DNA from: Adineta vaga | Lineage: Eukaryota; Animalia; Rotifera | Assembly: GCA_021613535.1 (NCBI GenBank) | Contig: CP075496.1 | Span: 11,284,001 to 11,348,000 of the forward strand | Direction: 5' to 3' | Length of the DNA stretch: 64,000 bases | Shown: positions 55,137 through 64,000 of the stretch, piece by piece | Position numbering within the stretch: position 1 is the first letter of the stretch | Layout of the letters: each line of letters begins with the position of its first letter | Notes under the pieces: generated by a model | Databases searched by the model: none | Told to the model about the DNA's origin: nothing | What the model saw: the letters and a program-made list of their open reading frames with translations, nothing else | Translations under genes and position numbers: made by a program

Positions 55137-56571
55137 GCAAATTCTAGACGAAAAGAAGCATCATAAAACTAGAAGACACTCTATAAAGGATTGATATTTT
55201 ACTTTACCTACGAATGACAACATGATCAGAAGAAAGAGGGAAAATGTGTTACTTTATGAATCTATAAAACCAATAAGAACGATATAAGATAAAAATCTGA
55301 AAAATAACACCTTTTAAAATCAAGCTATATTTTATCTTTCCTGTCAACATGCGCATCTTCCTTTCATAATATATTACTTCGATTTTTTTCTCTTCGTTTT
55401 ATGCTTCAAATAAGTGATGCAGAAATGTTAACCTTGAAAGAAAAAACAATGTATAACGTTACATTTTTTCTGCGGATTTTATGGAACAACTGACGTCTAT
55501 CATCGAAGGGAAGGAGAGGTCTATTGAAAGGAAAGGACAACATTTATGTCTATATATATACTCATACGATGAGAAACAGATTTTGAGGGAAAAAGTTGTT
55601 CGTGTCTATATGAATGACATCTGAAATACATGCGTCATAAATGTAATTTTGATAGAGCAAAACGCTTGAGATGCATTGTGGAGAAATAAAAGACGAGTGA
55701 TTTTTTTTCTCTTCTTCTTTTTTGATGACTAAACGAATATACAATGGAGTGAATGCAAGAATACGATGTCACATACGTATATAAACCCAAAGGACAAAGG
55801 TAGCTAGGCATGATTGATTGCTCTACAGTGTTAAAAATAATAACAATAAATCACGCATGTTGAATATATTTGACGGAAATAGCTTTTGTCAATTTTATAC
55901 AATATTCGCTGTGCATTCGTACGATAAGCTATAGAACGATTAAAGTAGAAGGATATTATAATTATAAAGTTATATAAAAAAAATGTGAATCTACACAATA
56001 TACATTGACGATGAAAATTGATGTGAGCATCAATATAATCTATCGCCTCACGCTTCTATCTATATCATTTTAAAGTATAAAATAGATATATACTATTCTA
56101 ATGAGTGTAACAATTCAATATAATCAAAGGAATACATGTATCAATTGATTTCATTTGAACAAATGCTTTGTTCATCAACTATGAAGAGAATGTTTATAAG
56201 AGCGTAACAAAAAGAAATTCTCGTTCTCATTCTCAAACAATGTATGTGCATTGATCCATTTCGATAGAAAAGTTGGTTAGCATTCTCAAAGCAAGAGATA
56301 ATACTCAATTAACTTATTTTCCTGTATTAAAGTGGTTCCTAACTTTTTATTCCAATGTCACACAACAAAATAACCACAAAAGCAACAAACAAATAGTTAG
56401 TTGAAAGATAAGATAAACTAAAGATTTGTTTATGTATCATTACATACGAAACGTTCATCGATGAACTAAATATTTGTCAATGGTTTAATCAGAAAAAAGT
56501 TATCTAGAAGAACGAACAATAAAATATCTCAATCAATAACCTATTATTGTTGATTATTTGTGATCTAGTAT

Positions 56572-56606
56572 AAACAAACAAACAAACAAACAAACAAACA
56601 AACAAA
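56572..56606. repeat. (AAAC)n microsatellite in the presumed 3' UTR of the RRM gene
   Basis: About 8 perfect tetranucleotide units. Confidence 0.9.
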
Positions 56607-56846
56607 TAAACATCAATAACATGAACGAAAAATAAGTGTTAAAGAAAAAGAAAGATAACTCTGTACAAATGAATTATATCATTCAGTTTTTTAGATGTTC
56701 TCTTGTCTTGATTGATTGATATAACTTACATAGGAAACAAAAAAAAAAGGAAAGAAAGAATAACAAACTGTATATGAACATCTCTATACACGTACAAAGA
56801 CAATCACACTAAAAATTACATAGTCATCTGGTCAAAAGTTCATTCG

Positions 56847-58486
56847 TTATGCTCGTTGTTGAGCACCATAATAATGGGTGAGAGGTGGTGCATAAGATGA
56901 TGGAGGCGCACCTGCTGCATTTGCGTATACTGGTTGTTGTCTTGATTGATTTGACGGTGGATAACCTGCTTGATGTTGTTGCTGTTGATAAGCAACAGTT
57001 AGATCATGTCGAACTGACGCTGGTTGACCAGATGTTGTCGCATATGGATCACCACGATAGTTGGCATACATATCATAATCACTATACATACAGAAAACTT
57101 ATCTATTCTGTGAAAGAAATGACAAAGAAAATATAAACCGTGATGGTGGATTTTGAGCAGGTGGCATCGGAAATTCTGAATCACGAGGTCGATTAGCATA
57201 AAATTTCTGATACGGATCATAATTTTGATATGGATCGACAGATGGTGGTGGTGCTGGTGCATGAGCTAAACTACTACCATAATATGGGTCCACTGGAGAT
57301 GCTCCTGGATTACGATCATACATTCTATTGAACAGAAAGTCTTTGATTAGACAAAAGATTTTTTTTCCTTTTTAAATATAAATTATACGATGCAAAAGTA
57401 TAACTTCATTCTTATTTACGAAATACATGTAGTCCAAATTCCTGAACTTGATCTATTCACTCTTTTATTAATAATAATAAACTTTCGAATTTTTGTTCAC
57501 TATAAAATTTTCTTACCGATTAGAACCGTAATTTAGAGTTTCAGGTCGAACATGTGATGGTGGTAAATCACGATAATCACGTACAGGATACATTCCAGTG
57601 TGCCCATCACCGCCACTACTTCCTCCTCCTACTATTCCTCCAGCATTTATATTCGGATAACCAGCTGCACCATACATATTATCACGAGATGCATCATATC
57701 CTGAACCATAACCACTGTCACGTCTATCTGTATAATAATTTCGAGGATCTGATCGTACATCGTATGATCGTGGACGATCATATCCAGCTGGTGGTGGACC
57801 ATAACCAGAAGCAATAGCAGTAGAATCTATTGGGATGCCATCGTAGGGACGTGCATCACCACGAGCCCATGCTGATGCACTATGACGCATTGGACCCACA
57901 CCGCCAGGAGGTGCAGCTGGACTATACCTAGATACACCATTTCCACCAGTCATCGCTGCAGCACGAGCACGAGAGCTAGAGGAAAACGGATATCTTTAAA
58001 GCTAATTAGATTTCTCCTAAATACATACTTTCTTAAAGCACTAGCTGGTTCTGGTTGACCTGGTCGATGTCGCACTGTACTTGTTGAGAGCTAATGGTAA
58101 ATAGAAATATTTTCTTAATTATGAAATGCATTTTTATCTGTATATTACTTCAACACGTAATCGTTTTCCATGAAATTCTTTATTATTTAATGCTACCGCT
58201 GCTTTTTCAGCTTCTTCAATTGAACCAAAATGCTATTTTAAACAAAAGATACATTAGATGATTATCTACTATTAGGAGTTTTTCCTTTACCACAAAACCA
58301 TAATCTTTGATCACTGATGCTTCAAGCACTGTACCAAATGATGCAAATAGTTCAGATAATTCAGCTAAATAGAACAATGACTTATTTTCTCGTAAAAAAA
58401 CACATGAATCAATTACAAGGTTGAGTTGCTGGATCAAGATTACCAATAAATAATTTGGTTCTAACGACTTTCGTTGGACCACTCAT
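56847..58486 (-). CDS. RRM RNA-binding protein, lark/RBM4-like, with Gly/Pro/Tyr-rich low-complexity tail
   Basis: TKLFIGNL (RNP2), VIKDYGFVHF (RNP1), LNNKEFHGKRLRVELSTS.VR.RPG; downstream YDR/DPY-rich exons. Confidence 0.8.
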
Positions 58487-59518
58487 TGATATTGTTTGTA
58501 TCTGGAATGGTTAAGAATAAAAAAGAAAAAACAAAATGCAAATCAATGTTAGTTTTACTAAAATCCAACAAATCGCGTTACAGAAACGGACAAAACAGAA
58601 GAAGAAAAATTTAATCGAAGAAGACACGACAAAGATAAACGCAATTCAGCACCTTGACCTTTCAGTATTCGTTTGCCTACATAAGAAATGACCAACATAC
58701 ACACACACATGCATAAAGAGTTACAATATCACCGTTCTTTATCAAACAGTGGAACGCTTCTGGACCAAAGAGGATCATCACAGTATCAAAAGAAACACGA
58801 AAACAAACAAAATCGAAAAAAAAACAAAAGAAATGAGAATTTTTTTTCGTACAATATCTAGTCTTGAATGTTCAAACAAATCGAATAGAAGAAGGGAAAT
58901 GAAAGATTACAGACACGCAGAGAAGAGTTTTCGATAAAATGGATGCAAAATAATAAATAAATCTTTTTCACATTAATCATTTTTGTGTACGATATTTTGT
59001 TTGTCATCGTTCGAAGATAGATCGCATACGAAGTAAAATAATATATAAAGATCAAGAATATACGAAGACGCGAAAAAAAGAACAGACGCATTCGATTGGT
59101 AAACGAAACGCAAACGCGAAGAATGTGCAAACTAGAAGATAAGGATAAAATTATAGTCGATTAAATATTTGTAAATAAATAGGAAATTAAATTCATTTTC
59201 ATCAAACTTTATCTGTGCACGATGTATGTATGATAGAATCTGTCGCTTTTAATATGAATAATCGCTTTGAAAAAAAACAGAAATATGTATTTACCTATAG
59301 ATGATCTCATATAAATATAATCGTCGAAAAAATTTTAATGAACTCTTACTACTTGAGATTGAGTCTGAATTTTAATATGAATCTATCGCAGCGTATAGAT
59401 AATTTAATCTCTCTACGCGTTTAAGCGAATAAACGAAATAAATAGTTAATTCATATCTATACATACTTGTTTTATCGGACGATTAATTTTGAAAGTAATT
59501 GAATATACTACTTTTAAA

Positions 59519-61327
59519 TTAATTCTCTTGACGAACTTTTCGTTTTCTTAATTTTTTCGGTGATGTTGAGACAATAGGTGTTGATTCTGTACCATCCAAT
59601 TGATCTTCTTCATTTTTCACATTATTTTCTTCATTATTATTATCAAAACCTTCTGGTCCAATATTTGCAAAATGTGTACGTACAACATCACTATCATGAT
59701 CAATCTTTCCTGACCATAAATCTTCCATTCGAAATGGTTCATATGCACAACAACGTGGAAACCAACCACGAAAACGACGACCACGTTTATGTGATTTATT
59801 TTCCCCTTCCTCCTTATTCTTGTCATTGACAGCAATACGTTCACCATACATCCAATATCTTTCCCAACGAGTTACATGAACATAATCACCTTTTTCAACT
59901 GGTATACGTGTTTCATCCGTACAAGGTATGCATATACATGTACGTAAACCATAACTTAATGTTATAAATGAACCTTTATATGATTGAACAACATCATAAC
60001 GAACAGTACGTTGACGTTTTTCAGATTTTTGTTCAAGTTGTTCACGTGTCAATGCATATTCATCTGTACCTTCACATACAGGCCATATTAAACCATTACC
60101 AATCACATTGAATGTTTCTCTCCAATTGAAAACTTGTCGAAAATTTTCTTTAAAACCAAGATCATATGGATATATAAATGTTGCTGTTCGACGATGATTA
60201 CGATCTCTTGCTTTACGTAAAATCCAATTTTCAATACCAGTTTGATTTTTCATAATACTGCGCAATTGAACAATCAAAAGAAATCCCACCTAAATATAGA
60301 AAACTTTCCTTTTTAGAATTCAATTATCTAATAACTAACGGCAATTATAACACCAAGTGCAAGACCAATTGAAAGAATACATGATATTAAACCGGTAAAT
60401 GTGAAATAAATAAGTGGAACATTTTTTATACGAGCATAAACATAATATTGCACAAAAAGTGCACGATATATACATGGACAGAGCATGATTAAAGCATGTG
60501 TACAGCCAAGTATTGCATAGAATAAAAACCAACAAAAATTTGCATGATTAAAATGGCCAGTACATGTGTTTATCCATGGGCACTAAAAACAGAAATTGAT
60601 TTATTTATTATTAAAAAGTCTTGTTTGAATGTTCATTCATTATAGATAAAGAAGACTTATTCAACTCAAATAAGTTTTCACTGAAAGAGAAATGTATCAT
60701 ATGAAATATATGTTCAATATAATCTTATATTGGTTTAGTAGAACATAAGAATAGTCTACTTGTCGTTTAATTTGAAAAACTAAAACTCACATGATGATCA
60801 AGTTTCAGAACACATCGGCCACATTTTTTACAATGATGTGCACGTGGAGCTTTGAAGCTTTCACAAACATCACCTATGTAGAATTTATTCACAGATATAA
60901 ACATCAATTTTAAATGCACACTTACAGTATTGCAAATATTTTTCATGTTCAGGATTTTCTGGTTTCCATCCTTTTGGTACAAAACCTTTTGGAAATATAT
61001 AAGAAAATCTAAAATATTATTTTCAAAAAAAAATCTATACCAGGTCCAACAAATATGGCACGAAAATAATTGTAAAAAATCACCACAGGCCATATCCAAT
61101 AAATAAGAAAGTTAATCAAACTTAATGGATCTTTAATATCCGGTGGATACCATTGAATAAGGCAATGATATCCACTTATTGTTCTACATACGAAAAGAAA
61201 AATGAATAGAATTTGATTTCATCAATGAAAAGCTCATCACATACATCCAAATAATCAAAATAATAGCACCAATTGGACCATAATGTGCTAATTGACTAAG
61301 TTGTCCCGAGCTTGTTCCAAAGCACAT
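59519..61327 (-). CDS. ZDHHC6: Palmitoyltransferase ZDHHC6 (DHHC + C-terminal SH3-like domain)
   Basis: HYGP, GPGFVPKGWKP, KAPRAHHCKKCGRCVLKLDHH|CPWINTCTGH.NH, NQTGIENWI, YPYDLG, PCTDE.RI, GWFPRCC. Confidence 0.93.
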
Positions 61328-61578
61328 CTAGAATACATTTCGAAAGAAAAACAGATGCCTTAGATCGATTGTTTATTGATTGATAAAAAAAAATGTCGTT
61401 ACAAACAAGACTCCTTTTTTGTCTTCCTTCCTTCCTTCTTTCCGCTAGCCATTACTTTCATTCTTTGTCCTCTCACCATTCTAATTGGACGAATGAGAAA
61501 AGAAAACGCAGATGAGATTTTTTCCTCTCCTTAACAGTGCTTCAACAAGGTATATTTGATGTTTCTATTGAAAAGTAA

Positions 61579-63349
61579 ATGTCTCAACAAGAAACAAATT
61601 CGTTCTCATCGGACTTCTCCTATTTATTCTTTCGTAATGGTGCCAGTTTTCGAATCGATTATAATGATGCCGATGATAACTCAAGAAAACTACCATCTAT
61701 ACCCAAATTAACTGATTTATGTTGCTCAATTATTGTTCGTAGTGAACGTCTAACTGAACAAGCATGTGAAATTATACCGAAAGAATTATTTAATCCTTTA
61801 TTTCGTGCAGCATTACGCTACACACAAGATGATAGTTGTATAAATATTCTTATAACTCGATGGCCCGATCGAGTATTTCGTTTGGAAAATTTTGTGGATG
61901 AAAAATTAACATCACTGAAAATGTTACTATGTGAAAAAACGGCATTACAACGAACAAAACAAGCGATAAAATATTCTGTGATCATTATACCTCGTTTTAT
62001 TGATTCAATTCGACAACAGCAACAAATGAATGACAAAAAACTTTCGAATTTACGTATTCTTGATGTAACTAATTTTCCTGTTGTTGAATTAATTATTCGA
62101 TACATTTCAACTCACTGTCGTCTTGCAGAAAAAGAATCAAGACGTAATCAATTGATTGATATTTATAATCAACAAAATCATCAATTAGTACCGGAATCTA
62201 TATTAAATAATGAGAATGGAAATCCATGTACAACAGGTAAAATCTATTTATCATGACAAGAAACAATGTTTATATTTTTATTCTTAATTGTAGAAATTGA
62301 ATATTCAGAGAATATTTCGAATGATAAAACTGATGATCTAATTAAATCAAGTTCCTATCCAGATGACATAATTATTATTCGTTTCGATTGTATAATTCAA
62401 GATTATCGTACTTATGTAGAATTACTTTCAGCTCTTCGTTCATCCACTCCCAATATTCAATTACAAATCTGCACAATTGATATGCGTTGTATTGGTTTAG
62501 CACTTGTTAGTAGTTTTCTTGATCATGTGGATAAACGAGTATGTTTTTTTCTTGATAAATTTCACTTCATTGTCTTTTCATTCATAATTCTAGTTTGTTC
62601 ATACACTTCGCATTCCGTACAATGTTTTAACACGACAAAATCTCAAATATTTCCTTCCACGTTTGCCAAAATTAACTCAATTACATACATTAGATCTTTC
62701 ATGTAATTTTATTGATTTTCGTCTTAATCAAGAAGATTTAGAACAATTTTGTTGTGTTCTAACTCAATTAAAACATTTAAAAAATCTATCTCTTAGTGGT
62801 TCACCAATAACAAATCGTTTGGAATATATTCTTAATGCAATTGATCATTCATTAGAAGTATTAAATCTTGATTTCTGTTCTTTATATGAAAATGATTTAA
62901 TTAGTTTAAGTCAAATGAGTACAAGACATCAATTTTTACATTTGGACTTAGGTACAAATCGTTTAAATCGTTTTATGCGTCAATTATTAATTGTTCTGAT
63001 TAAACAAACACGTCTTGTTGTCTTAGATCTTGATTATAATCGTTTTTCATCGAATGATTATTTAGAATTAATCGCTTGTTGTCAACGATTAACAACATTA
63101 AAAAGTTTAAGTGTACGTGGACCGAATTCTCTTACAACTCAATTAGCTGCAGCAACATTTATCGGTGAACATTATCGATGTTTACAATCATGGAAAATAG
63201 CTTCACCAATTGAATATTCACTCAATCGTTTTGTTGGTAATGATGAACAGAATTATTTAATACAAACTATAATGCCCTATGATATGTTCGTTAATGAAAT
63301 GAATAAACGAGCGAAATGTCTCGTTTCAATATCTGAACTAAGTGTATAG
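61579..63349 (+). CDS. LRRC14/PRAME-like leucine-rich repeat protein (3 exons)
   Basis: N-terminal PKLTDLC..IIPKELFNPLFRAA..LITRWP..L, LRILDV; C-terminal LRRs (LHTLDLSCN, LKNLSLSGS, LEVLNLDFC). Confidence 0.75.
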
Positions 63350-63388
63350 AAATCAAAAATAAACATACGAATAAATATGCGTTTCATT

Positions 63389-64000
63389 TTATTTTATTTT
63401 GTAATGAGTTTTTTTTTTCTTTTTCTTTATAAAAGTTGATGACGTAGAAATACGATCTAGAATGATTTTCCAATCGTCAAGTAATTTCAAATGTTTTCGA
63501 TGATTATAAGTCGACATTTGTTCGCTAATGTATGTTAAATTTGTTGTGATTAATTTTAAAGCAAGATCATCAATAGAATTGAAATAAGTTATGTAAGGCC
63601 ATTGATAAAAATCAGCATATTTTAACCAATAATATATAGATGAATGATCGAATTCATTATTTGGATCAGGAATAGTTGTGTTTAAATCATAGGGTGGAAT
63701 TATGGAATGATGTTTACCTTTACCAGTTAGTGCTTTATCCCATGTTCGATCATAAATAATATTATATTTCAAATGCCACATAGTTAATAAATCAATAGAT
63801 GGAAAAAATAGTGGAATATTCATTGTATATTGTTCGAATAGACTCATAGTTGATACTTGATATGGTAAATAGATAATACCTGGATGACGAATTATATCGG
63901 AATAACTATAGAATTTGTATAATTTACGTAATGGTTTGACGATGATAGATGCATGAGATTTTTTCAAGGAAAAATTCAATTCATCAAGAAATTGTTCATT
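63389..64000 (-). CDS. 3' part of an uncharacterised protein, possibly GT-B glycosyltransferase-like; start lies beyond the window
   Basis: Long open frame with HPGIIYLPYQVSTMSLFEQYTMNIPLFFPS and WLKYADFYQWPYITYFNS; function not assignable. Confidence 0.6.
   Translation of the reverse strand, partial: NEQFLDELNFSLKKSHASIIVKPLRKLYKFYSYSDIIRHPGIIYLPYQVSTMSLFEQYTMNIPLFFPSIDLLTMWHLKYNIIYDRTWDKALTGKGKHHSIIPPYDLNTTIPDPNNEFDHSSIYYWLKYADFYQWPYITYFNSIDDLALKLITTNLTYISEQMSTYNHRKHLKLLDDWKIILDRISTSSTFIKKKKKKTHYKIK

Overview
AT-rich, gene-dense eukaryotic (metazoan) DNA with many short (~50-70 nt) GT-AG introns. Gene content and style are most consistent with a bdelloid rotifer; this is inference, not verified. 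About 30 protein-coding genes can be reconstructed by manual splicing: KCNQ 3' end, an M3 oligopeptidase-like protein, GALNT7-like, glyoxalase II, three tandem VPS4 paralogs, a neuropeptide precursor, SART1, aftiphilin, two tandem Arf genes, TOM20, an A20/OTUD7-type DUB, two B-box/coiled-coil genes, paraoxonase, NEK1-like kinase, SPCS1, an intronless P450, KCTD10, PTRH2, lark/RBM4-like, ZDHHC6 and LRRC14-like. A repeat-rich zone at 8-14 kb holds a non-autonomous Helitron and a MULE deletion derivative with a perfect 9-bp TSD, and a MITE lies at 24.2-24.5 kb. The most striking structure is the VPS4 triad (14.9-21.8 kb). One copy is canonical. A second is homogenised with it across introns but differs specifically at the substrate pore loops. 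A third appears intact and keeps Walker A but has lost the Walker B glutamate, the arginine fingers and the aromatic pore loop, making it a candidate natural dominant-negative ESCRT regulator. Other highlights are an apparently unnamed four-copy PxEGIL[LI]-amide neuropeptide precursor, a catalytically dead mitochondrial-type M3 peptidase, a 5-nt microexon that builds the GalNAc-T WGGE motif, and operon-like gene spacing with splice acceptors abutting start codons. Exon boundaries were read by eye and are approximate.
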